Assembly: GCA_031274995.1 (NCBI GenBank)
Contig: JAISPJ010000013.1
Coordinates: forward strand, 86 to 64,085
Direction: 5' to 3'
Origin: Azoarcus sp.
GTDB taxonomy: Bacteria > Pseudomonadota > Gammaproteobacteria > Burkholderiales > Rhodocyclaceae
DNA length: 64,000 nucleotides
A model generated the notes under the pieces. The model had not been told where the DNA came from. It ran no database searches and saw nothing but the letters and a program-made list of their open reading frames with translations. Made by a program: the position numbers and the translations under genes. Shown here one piece after another: positions 11,296-19,186 of this stretch. The stretch's first letter is position 1. Each line of letters begins with the position of its first letter.

Positions 11296-11369
11296 TGTGC
11301 AACGCACAAAAAATTGTTGACATCCAGATTTTACTATATACAATACGCAAAACATGCTGCTATGCAGCA
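11296..11369 (+). promoter_or_regulatory. Phasin promoter flanked by two putative PhaR/PhbF operator palindromes
   Basis: TTGACA (11317-11322), N16, TACAAT (11339-11344); palindromes TGTGCAACGCACA (11296-11308) and TGCTGCTATGCAGCA (11355-11369) have the TGC-N3-GCA core. Confidence 0.6.
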
Positions 11370-11467
11370 ATACAACATGGCATATCGCCATCTTTCCCCC
11401 GACCCTGCAGTAGAGCAGTTCCTGTAGTTTCCTTCCATTTCCACGCCACTTCTATTCGGAGAATCCG

Positions 11468-12031
11468 ATGACTACATTTAATCCTGAGCAGTTTGCCGCC
11501 ACCAACAAGGCCAACGTCGAAACCCTGTTGAGCCTTACCAACAGCGCCTTTGCCAACGCAGAGCGTCTGGCTGCCCTCAACCTCAACACCGCCCGCTCTG
11601 TGCTCGAAGACAGCGTTTCCAACACCAAGGCTCTGCTGGGCACCAAGGACGTGCAGGAGTTGGTTTCCCTGCAAGCCTCGCTGATTCAGCCCCTGCTGGA
11701 AAAGTCTGTCGCCTATGCCCGCAGCGTTTATGAAATTGCCTCGCAGGGTCAGGAAGAACTGGCGAAAGTGCTTGAGACCCAGCTCGCCGAATTGAACAAG
11801 AACGTTTCCTCCGTGCTCGACAAGGCCGCCAAATCCGCCCCGGCGGGTTCCGACGTTGCCGTCGCCGCCGTCAAGTCGGCCATTGCCGCCGCCAACAGCG
11901 CCTACGACAATTTCTCCAAGGCCGTCAAGCAAGCGACCGAAATCGCCGAAGCCAACGTTGCCGCCGCTACCAATGCCACGGTCAAGGCTGTCACCACTAC
12001 ATCCAAGTCCGCCTCGAAGAAGTCCGCCTAA
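11468..12031 (+). CDS. phaP: Phasin (PHA-granule-associated protein)
   Basis: NPEQFAATNKANVETLLSL...ERLAALNLNTARS...AYARSVYEIAS...APAGSDVAVAAVKSAIAAANSAYD; Ala-rich, Cupriavidus PhaP1-like. Confidence 0.93.
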   Translation: MTTFNPEQFAATNKANVETLLSLTNSAFANAERLAALNLNTARSVLEDSVSNTKALLGTKDVQELVSLQASLIQPLLEKSVAYARSVYEIASQGQEELAKVLETQLAELNKNVSSVLDKAAKSAPAGSDVAVAAVKSAIAAANSAYDNFSKAVKQATEIAEANVAAATNATVKAVTTTSKSASKKSA

Positions 12032-12096
12032 GGAATTTTTCTTCTGCGGATGCCGCATGTTTTGATCTGACAGTCAAAAGCAGCGGCAAGGCCAGC

Positions 12097-12135
12097 AAAG
12101 AGCCGCATCCCGTATCAACGGGATGCGGCTCTTTT
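12097..12135. terminator. Bidirectional intrinsic terminator between phaP and mltA
   Basis: AAAGAGCCGCATCCCGT-ATCA-ACGGGATGCGGCTCTTTT perfect stem with A and T tracts, between convergent genes. Confidence 0.85.
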
Positions 12136-12192
12136 GCTTTGTTCTTGCGTGTTTCGCTCGCGTGGCGTGTTATGGAAGTTTGCGAACCGCCC

Positions 12193-13437
12193 CTACTGCT
12201 TTGGCCACAAAATCCACATTTTCCCCTGCTGGCGCATTTTCCCGGCCTGTTCGCCCGCTTCATCGCCGAAACCCCAGAAAAAATCGGCTCGTGCCGCGCC
12301 CTTGATTGCCCCGCCGGTGTCCTGCGCCATGACCAAGCGATTGAGCGGCCTGTCCGACTGCGGCCAGGTGGTGGAGAGAAATACCGGCGCACCAAGCGGG
12401 ACATGGGTTGGATCAACGGCAATGCTGCGTTCGGCGTGAAGCGGCACGCCCAGCGCCCCGGCCGGGCCTCCTTCTCCGGCAGGCAGTTCGCGGAAAAAGA
12501 CGAAACGCGGGTTGCTGTTGAGCAATTCATCGAGGCGGTGCGGGTTGCGGAGTGTCCATTGGCGAATGCCTTCCATCGAGGCTTGATGGGCGGCAAGTTC
12601 TCCGTGATCGGTGAGCCAGCGCCCGATGGAATGGTAGGGGTGGCCGTTGTGCTCGGCGAAGCCGACGCGCACCCGGTTTCCGTCTGGCAGTTCGACTTGT
12701 CCTGAACCTTGTACATGGAGGAAGAACAGATCTACCGGGTCGTTGGCCCACAACAGGACACGGGCGGGCAATTTGCCCTCGGCACGGCGCTTTTCCAGTT
12801 CCGCGCGCGTCCAGTAGGGAACGACTTTTTTGCCGGCCAGCCGTCCGCGCAGGTTCATTGACCTGAGTTCCGGGTAAGCCCTCACGAAGTCGGCGGTGAG
12901 CATGTCATCGGGCGGTGCGAGAATTGGCCGCGCTCCGGGCTGTTGCGTCCGGCTGCCGTGGATCAGCGGTTCGTAATAGCCTGTGACAAGCCCTTGCGTG
13001 CTGCCGTCTTTTGCGGTGGACTGCCGGGGGATGAAATGCTGTTCAAAGAACTGGCGTGCTTCTTGGTCAGACAACGTGCCGGGCAACGTGCCGGCGGCGG
13101 CGCATACCGCGGCCCAAACGGGTTTGCGGCCGATGGCGCGGCAGGATTCGCGGAATGCCGGCCAGGCTGCGCCCATATTGTCGCTGCCCCAGCCCGGCAA
13201 TTCGTTCCAGCGCGACTCGCGTCGGACGGAAGGGACACTGGCCGAAGCATCGGGAGGCGCAGGCGTGACGCAATCCGCGCAGACGCCCGGGGCTGTGCGG
13301 GAGGGGGCGGCAAGACTGCGGTCAGTTTTCGAAACATCCGCTTCAGGCGGTAATTGCGTACAACCGGCTAAAGCAACAGCGGTGGCCGCTACGATGGGTA
13401 CGAGGGAAATGAAACGATGAAGGGAAGGCGGGTTCAT
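12193..13437 (-). CDS. mltA: Membrane-bound lytic murein transglycosylase A
   Basis: Lipobox LAGC; GLVTGYYEP, DLFFLHVQGSG, NPRFVFF, VMAQDTGGAIKGAARADFFWG. Confidence 0.94.
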   Translation of the reverse strand: MNPPSLHRFISLVPIVAATAVALAGCTQLPPEADVSKTDRSLAAPSRTAPGVCADCVTPAPPDASASVPSVRRESRWNELPGWGSDNMGAAWPAFRESCRAIGRKPVWAAVCAAAGTLPGTLSDQEARQFFEQHFIPRQSTAKDGSTQGLVTGYYEPLIHGSRTQQPGARPILAPPDDMLTADFVRAYPELRSMNLRGRLAGKKVVPYWTRAELEKRRAEGKLPARVLLWANDPVDLFFLHVQGSGQVELPDGNRVRVGFAEHNGHPYHSIGRWLTDHGELAAHQASMEGIRQWTLRNPHRLDELLNSNPRFVFFRELPAGEGGPAGALGVPLHAERSIAVDPTHVPLGAPVFLSTTWPQSDRPLNRLVMAQDTGGAIKGAARADFFWGFGDEAGEQAGKMRQQGKMWILWPKQ

Positions 13438-13517
13438 GGCACAAAGAGTAAACTCAAGCGGATGAATTCGGTGCCCATTATACCGGCATGGCAACAAACA
13501 CCCGAAGGAGGCGGGTA

Positions 13518-14384
13518 ATGAGTACGAAAGAACTTGAAATCCTGCTTACGCGCACAGAGCGGGTATTGGCGCGGCTGGAGGCAGTATTGCCCGGACCGGT
13601 TTCTCCCCCCGGCTGGAATGCTGCCCACGCTTTTCTGTGGCGTCGCCATCATGGCGGCGCGCTCTTGCAGCCGGTCGTCACGCCTTCCGTCATCCGTCTG
13701 CGGGATCTGCAGAACATTGACGAGCAAAAAGAGCGTATTGATCGCAACACCCGGCAATTTCTTGCCAAGCGGCACGCCAATAACGTTTTGCTGACCGGCG
13801 CGCGCGGTTCGGGAAAATCTTCGCTCGTGAAGGCGTTGCTCGATGAATATGGCGGCAAGGGGCTGCGGATGATCGAGGTCGACAAGGATGACCTTGCCGA
13901 CCTGCCGGAAATCATGGAATTGGTAGCCGGCCGGCCCGAGCGGTTTATTGTCTTTTGTGATGATCTTTCCTTCGATGAAGGCGAAGTTGCCTACAAAACG
14001 CTCAAGAGTGCGCTGGATGGCTCGATTTCCGGGTTGGCCGACAATGTGCTGATCTACGCCACGTCCAACCGCCGCCATCTGATGCCGGAATACCACGACG
14101 ACAATAGGCCGGTACGCCACGCCGATGGCGAAATCCACCCCGGCGAGGCCGCAGAGGAAAAAATTTCGCTCTCGGATCGTTTCGGATTGTGGCTGTCTTT
14201 TTATCCGTTCGGACAGGATGAATACCTCGAGATCGCCGTCCACTGGCTGAAGGTTTTCGGCATCACCGGCGCACGCATCCAGGAAGCGCGGCAGGAGGCG
14301 CTGCAATGGGCGCTGTTGCGCGGTTCACGCTCGGGCCGGGTGGCTTGGCAGTTTGCGCGTGATTTTGCAGGCCGCATGGATTGA
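13518..14384 (+). CDS. AAA+ ATPase, DUF815 family
   Basis: NNVLLTGARGSGKSSLVKA (Walker A), FCDDLSF, LIYATSNRRHLMPE, EEKISLSDRFGLWLSF. Confidence 0.9.
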   Translation: MSTKELEILLTRTERVLARLEAVLPGPVSPPGWNAAHAFLWRRHHGGALLQPVVTPSVIRLRDLQNIDEQKERIDRNTRQFLAKRHANNVLLTGARGSGKSSLVKALLDEYGGKGLRMIEVDKDDLADLPEIMELVAGRPERFIVFCDDLSFDEGEVAYKTLKSALDGSISGLADNVLIYATSNRRHLMPEYHDDNRPVRHADGEIHPGEAAEEKISLSDRFGLWLSFYPFGQDEYLEIAVHWLKVFGITGARIQEARQEALQWALLRGSRSGRVAWQFARDFAGRMD

Positions 14385-15346
14385 ACGCAAGCTTGAGTCC
14401 AGAAACCATTGATGTTGCTGCCGGGATCATTGTCCGCGATGATGGCCGTTTCCTTCTCGGGCGGCGTGCGCAGGGGAGTTTTTATCCAGGCTACTGGGAG
14501 TTTCCCGGCGGCAAGGTCGAACCGGGAGAATCGCCCGCCGGGGCGCTCTCCCGCGAACTCGACGAGGAATTGGGTTTGCGGGTCGGGCGGCTTTATCCGT
14601 GGCTTGTGCGCACGCATGACTACGAACATGCCCGTGTCCGGTTGCACTTTTTTGAAGCCGCGCAATGGCAGGGCGAGATCTGCCCCCGCGTCCATGACGC
14701 GCTGGATTGGGCTTTGCCCGGCGATGCGCCCACGCCGATGTTGCCAGCCAATGGGCCTGTCCTCAAGGCGCTTGCCTTGCCGCGCCGGATAGGGATTACC
14801 CATGCCGCCGCGCTTGGCGCCGAAGCCCAGCTTGCTGCCCTCGATCATGCCTTGCAAGCGGGATTGCGCTTCGTCCTGATCCGGGAAAACGCCTTGCCTG
14901 CGGCAGAACGGCAGGCATTCACGAAGCAAGCCGTTCACCGTGCGCATATGGCAGGCGCACTGGCTGTCGTCAACGGTGAACCGGAGTTGGCACGTGAAAC
15001 CGGGGCCGACGGTCTTCACCTGACGGCTGCGCGATTAGTGAAGAGTAGCTCCCGCTCTCGCCCGGATTTTGCGTGGGTGGGGGCTTCCTGCCACAACCGC
15101 GCGGAACTCGAATTTGCCGCCATGCGGGGGCTCGACTATGCGCTTCTCGGCGCGGTGAAGGAGACGGCGACCCACCCTGGTGGTGAAACGTTGGGCTGGG
15201 AAGGTTTTGCGGCGCTGGTCTCGGGATTGCCGCTGCCGGTGTTCGCGCTGGGCGGGGTAGAGGATGGCGACATGGAAACCGCTCGCCTGTCTGGCGCACA
15301 TGGCATCGCGGCGATTCGGAGCGCGTGGAACGGCGCGGAAAATTAA
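14381..15346 (+). CDS. Nudix hydrolase (MutT-like) fused to a thiamine-phosphate-synthase-like domain
   Basis: Nudix box WEFPGGKVEPGESPAGALSRELDEELG, then TIM-barrel-like part: GADGLHL, GASCHNRAEL, KETATHPG, PVFALGG. Confidence 0.9.
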   Translation: MNASLSPETIDVAAGIIVRDDGRFLLGRRAQGSFYPGYWEFPGGKVEPGESPAGALSRELDEELGLRVGRLYPWLVRTHDYEHARVRLHFFEAAQWQGEICPRVHDALDWALPGDAPTPMLPANGPVLKALALPRRIGITHAAALGAEAQLAALDHALQAGLRFVLIRENALPAAERQAFTKQAVHRAHMAGALAVVNGEPELARETGADGLHLTAARLVKSSSRSRPDFAWVGASCHNRAELEFAAMRGLDYALLGAVKETATHPGGETLGWEGFAALVSGLPLPVFALGGVEDGDMETARLSGAHGIAAIRSAWNGAEN

Positions 15347-15350
15347 TCCG

Positions 15351-16745
15351 CTAGCGAAGCTGCCAGGGGATCATCAGGAGAATTTTCAGATCCCGTTCGT
15401 CTTGAAAGATATTATTGAAGCCCGTCCAGCTTGGCAGGTCGGAATTGTTGCTGTAGCGGGTATAGTGGAAGCTGATGCGGGTGTTTTTCAGGGAACCGTC
15501 TGGCACGGCGTAGGCAAGATCGGCCGACCAGGCTCTTTCCCGTAGCCGCCATTCCACGCCATGAACCCGGCCACCCCGGCCGCGCACGCCAGAGAAGCCG
15601 AGTGTGAAGCCGGAAACGCCCAAAAGATCATTCAGGGAACGGGACACGGCCAGAAAAACGGCGCTTTCCCTGTTGTGGTTCCAGTCGGAGCGGTTGTCCC
15701 ACCAAGGCTCATACGCGCCGTTCGCGCCGCCGTACCGGCCAATCAGGCGATAGGCAAAATAGCCCGCGTGTTGTGGTTGGCTGCCGGGTGCGCGGGTATG
15801 GAGAAACTCGGCCTTCATAACCCAGGGGGCCGGACGCCAGGCGGCGGCCAGATAGTGTTGATGGGCTACATGGCCGCCGTACTGGTTGTTGGGCGAGTCG
15901 GGCGCGTCGCGGTCGGCCATGCCGTATAGTTGATAGCTGAGATAAGTTTTTTCGTCCGGTGAAGTGTATTTGAACTTGAGATGGGCGCTTCGCAGGAACC
16001 CCTGTGATTTACCATAGGCGGCTTCCGCTGAGAATTCAGGCGTGAAACGGTACCGGGCGCCGGACGACCAGAGATAATCGACACGTGTCTCGCCGTCGTT
16101 CCTGCGGAAATGGTAGGGGTCGGAAAACCAGGGCGACTTGTACTGATCGGCCCAGGCGAAAGCGATGCTGAGCGGGCCGCTGTCCATGCCGGTTTCCAGC
16201 CCCCGGTAAGTGCCGGGCATGAGTGACCAGTTGACGCCGATCACACCGGGACCGGAGGGCTGAAAGTAACCCGCCTTGCCCCAGAATTGCCGATTACCCG
16301 AAGCCAGCCGCAATTTAAAATGGGCGCGATAGAGGGATGTCCCGCTTTTCGCGTCGCGCTTCGACCCGTCCGGTGACCAAGGATCTCTCCAGGGGAAGAA
16401 ACTTGTCTCGTGATCCGGGCTGGCGCTGTTGGCGAGGTCGATTGTGGAGAACAGCCCCATGTCGAAGCCCACGGCATCGCCGTAATAAGGCGTGCTGATG
16501 TCCACGCTGCCTTGCAGGGTCTGGTGATGAAGGTTGTCGCGGAAACGTTCCTCATTGACATCGTAACGTTTCCGGTGGCGGTTGAAATAGAAAAAATTTC
16601 CGGAAACCGCAGGTAGCAGACTTTCGGCGGATTCGGGAATGCTTTCCTGTGCCGTGGCAGGCGCGGTCTCATCTGAGGCCGGAATCGGCTGGATATGGAA
16701 AAAAAACAGGGTAAGAAAACAAAAGGCAATTTTTAAAAAAGGCAT
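15351..16745 (-). CDS. chiP: Chitoporin-like outer-membrane porin (ChiP/YbfM, OprD superfamily)
   Basis: Signal peptide MPFLKIAFCFLTLFFFHIQPIPAS; KAGYFQPSGPGVIGVNWSLMPGTYRG, EPWWDNRSDWNHNRESAVF and a C-terminus (HYTRYSNNSDLPSWTGFNNIFQDERDLK) that recall E. coli ChiP (WDNRSDFN...GNIFQDERDVK). Confidence 0.8.
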   Translation of the reverse strand: MPFLKIAFCFLTLFFFHIQPIPASDETAPATAQESIPESAESLLPAVSGNFFYFNRHRKRYDVNEERFRDNLHHQTLQGSVDISTPYYGDAVGFDMGLFSTIDLANSASPDHETSFFPWRDPWSPDGSKRDAKSGTSLYRAHFKLRLASGNRQFWGKAGYFQPSGPGVIGVNWSLMPGTYRGLETGMDSGPLSIAFAWADQYKSPWFSDPYHFRRNDGETRVDYLWSSGARYRFTPEFSAEAAYGKSQGFLRSAHLKFKYTSPDEKTYLSYQLYGMADRDAPDSPNNQYGGHVAHQHYLAAAWRPAPWVMKAEFLHTRAPGSQPQHAGYFAYRLIGRYGGANGAYEPWWDNRSDWNHNRESAVFLAVSRSLNDLLGVSGFTLGFSGVRGRGGRVHGVEWRLRERAWSADLAYAVPDGSLKNTRISFHYTRYSNNSDLPSWTGFNNIFQDERDLKILLMIPWQLR

Positions 16746-16750
16746 TTTGT

Positions 16751-18970
16751 TTATCCATGGTCTTTCCGGTTCATGTCGAACACATATTTCAGCAATTTCT
16801 CGCCCGCGATAGGCGGGCTGTAGAAATAGCCTTGGAAAATATGGCAACCAAGGCATTGAAGTACGTCGATCTGTTCCTGGTTTTCCACGTATTCGACGAT
16901 GATCTTTACGTTCAAGGAACGGCACAGATCAACAATGGTGCTGATGACTTCCACGCAGATATTGCTTGTGGCGACATCCTTGGAGAGTGCCCGGTCGATT
17001 TTCAGGATATCGATCGGAAAATGTTTGAGATAAACCAGCGAACTGTGCCCCATCCCGAAGTCATCCATCGAGATGATGAATCCCATGTCGTTGAGTTCCT
17101 TCAGAATCAGGTTCTGCGGGCTTTCCGGGTCGAGGGCGATGGATTCGGTGACCTCGATGCCGATCATGTAATTTTGCAGATTGTGGCGATCCAGGCAGGC
17201 CACCACTTTTTTCGCCAGTTTGCTGTCGCCGAGTTGCTGGATGGAAACGTTGACCGAAGTCTTGAAATGGTCATCGATGCCTGCTTCCCGCCAGCGCGCC
17301 CGTTCGGCGCAGGCTTCGTTCAGTACCCAGAGTCCGAGGGAGCGCATGAATTCACCGTCCTCGGAAATCGCCACCATGATCGGCGCGGGAATAGCCCCAT
17401 AAACCGGATGCTTCCAGCGCACCAGCGCCTCCGCACCGATGACCATGCCGGTTTCGTAATCGACCTGTGGCTGATATTCAAGATAAAGGCCGGTATTTGT
17501 TTTCAGCGCCCGTTCCAGATCATTCGCCAGGGCGCGGGCGAGCACACCGATTTCGTCGTTACGGTCGAGGCATTTCTTTCCGGAGGGGCCCACGACGTTG
17601 TTGCAGGCAATTTCCATGAGTGCCTGCATGGCCTTTTTCTGCCGCTCCGATTTTTCCCGGTCGGAAATGCGGACGAAAGGGGCGTAAATCAGGGTTCCAA
17701 GCGCAAGGTTGAACGCTTGCAGCAGGCTGCCCGAAATCGAGCCGGTGGAGAAATAACCACCCAGAATCGGTGGTGTCGTCCAACTGAGTTCCCGGGCAGG
17801 CAGAGGGACAAAACCGTAATACACCACCAGGTAACTGATTATCGTCATGACAATCGGAACGAACACGAAAGGCACGAGAAAAATGGGATTCAGAATGATG
17901 GGCAGGCCGAAGAGCAGGATTTCATTGATATTGAACATTCCAGGCACGAGGGAGATTTTTGCCAGACGTCGGCTGCCGTTGTTCTTGCTGGCGATGAGCA
18001 GCGCCGCGAGCAGGCAGACGGAAGTACCGGAACCGCCCATGAACACGAACATATCCAGAAAATTTTTGGTGACGATGTTGGGCGGCGGCAGATTTATTGC
18101 CAGCGCTTTCTGATTGGCTTGCTGCGCTGCTTCGAACAGTCCCGTAGTCAGAGGATCGAGTACGTTCGTGCCGTGGATGCCGAAGAACCAGAAAACATCG
18201 ACAAGAAAAACATAAAGGATGCTCGAATCCAGCGTGTGCCGAAGCTCCTCGAACTGGAAAGGGAAAAGGAGCGCGTCATGGACCGCCTGATGAATCGAAA
18301 TGTTGAATCCCGCCAGAAAAAGGAAATAAAAGGCGGCAAACAGAAAAACAGTCAGGATGCCCGGCAGAAGCAGGGAGAAAGCCTGCTGAATCGAGGCTTC
18401 CATGCCTTCTGAATAAATCAGCATGGACAGCCGTCGTATGTGCGCCAGCTTGAGGAAAATCCGGCTGGAGATGACGGCCACGAGGATGCTGACGAACAGC
18501 CCTTGCGCCCCCGTGTATTCCATGATTCCGTTTTCACCGCCTGTCGGCAGGATGACCATCAGGCAAGCCAGCGATGTCAGGGCGGCGATGAGCGGGCTGA
18601 CGGGATTGGCAATGTGCCATTGGTTGTTCAGGACGGCAAGATGGTAGCTCGTGCCTGCCAGCATCGGCACCGAGAGCATTCCGAAAGTGCCTTGCCAGAT
18701 AAGCCCGCCGAATTGCCTCCAGTTTTCCCCAAACACTTCTTTCATGAAGTCTTGGTAGCCGGGCAGGGGCAGGTGGTTGAAGAGAATGGCGAGTGCGCCT
18801 GCCGTAACCAGTGGCAGGCAGAACAGAAAACCGTTCCGAATGGCCTGCATCACCGGGTAATAGGCCCAATTCGGTACGGTCAGCGCGTAGAAACGGTTAG
18901 TTACCCACATGTGCATGGCAGCGTGCGAGTTCCTGTCAGGTGTCGTTTCCGCGCCTGGTTCTCCGTTCAT
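16751..18970 (-). CDS. PTS EIIC (lactose/cellobiose/chitobiose ChbC-CelB family) fused to an EAL c-di-GMP phosphodiesterase
   Basis: N-terminal half: AIRNGF..CLPL, FWFFGIHG, FVFMGGSG, PGMFNINE..FGLPIILNP, WTTPPILGG, LIYAPFVR. C-terminal half: EYQPQV, GAEALVRW, SVNVS, IEVTES, DDFGMGHSSL, LKIDR, IVEYVEN, FQGYFYSPP. Confidence 0.92.
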   Translation of the reverse strand: MNGEPGAETTPDRNSHAAMHMWVTNRFYALTVPNWAYYPVMQAIRNGFLFCLPLVTAGALAILFNHLPLPGYQDFMKEVFGENWRQFGGLIWQGTFGMLSVPMLAGTSYHLAVLNNQWHIANPVSPLIAALTSLACLMVILPTGGENGIMEYTGAQGLFVSILVAVISSRIFLKLAHIRRLSMLIYSEGMEASIQQAFSLLLPGILTVFLFAAFYFLFLAGFNISIHQAVHDALLFPFQFEELRHTLDSSILYVFLVDVFWFFGIHGTNVLDPLTTGLFEAAQQANQKALAINLPPPNIVTKNFLDMFVFMGGSGTSVCLLAALLIASKNNGSRRLAKISLVPGMFNINEILLFGLPIILNPIFLVPFVFVPIVMTIISYLVVYYGFVPLPARELSWTTPPILGGYFSTGSISGSLLQAFNLALGTLIYAPFVRISDREKSERQKKAMQALMEIACNNVVGPSGKKCLDRNDEIGVLARALANDLERALKTNTGLYLEYQPQVDYETGMVIGAEALVRWKHPVYGAIPAPIMVAISEDGEFMRSLGLWVLNEACAERARWREAGIDDHFKTSVNVSIQQLGDSKLAKKVVACLDRHNLQNYMIGIEVTESIALDPESPQNLILKELNDMGFIISMDDFGMGHSSLVYLKHFPIDILKIDRALSKDVATSNICVEVISTIVDLCRSLNVKIIVEYVENQEQIDVLQCLGCHIFQGYFYSPPIAGEKLLKYVFDMNRKDHG

Positions 18971-19130
18971 GGATACCTTCACCAAAGGGAATGTCCAATG
19001 GTCTGGATAAAATTCCCTGAGAGTTTCTACGAAGCGGGGATACTTGGACGTAAAAAAATACCCGTTTCAGTCCATGTCATGGAAGTATAAGAAAAACATG
19101 GCGGGTTTTCGGTACTTTTTGATGGCATAT

Positions 19131-19162
19131 AAAAAATGATGCCGCCACAAGGACGGCATCAT
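19131..19162 (-). terminator. Intrinsic terminator downstream of ETF-QO
   Basis: ATGATGCCGCC-ACAA-GGACGGCATCAT hairpin preceded by an A-run (U-tract on the minus strand). Confidence 0.6.
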
Positions 19163-19186
19163 TCATCGGTTCAACTGCTTGACCGG

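Noticed and set aside
12060-12079. TTGATCTGACAGTCAA as an FNR box
   Set aside because: Spacing is TTGA-N8-TCAA, not TTGAT-N4-ATCAA, and it lies downstream of phaP between convergent genes.
15351-16925. Longer 524-aa start for the porin given by the ORF track
   Set aside because: It would overlap the EAL gene by 175 nt; the Met at 16745 gives a proper signal peptide and a ChiP-like length.
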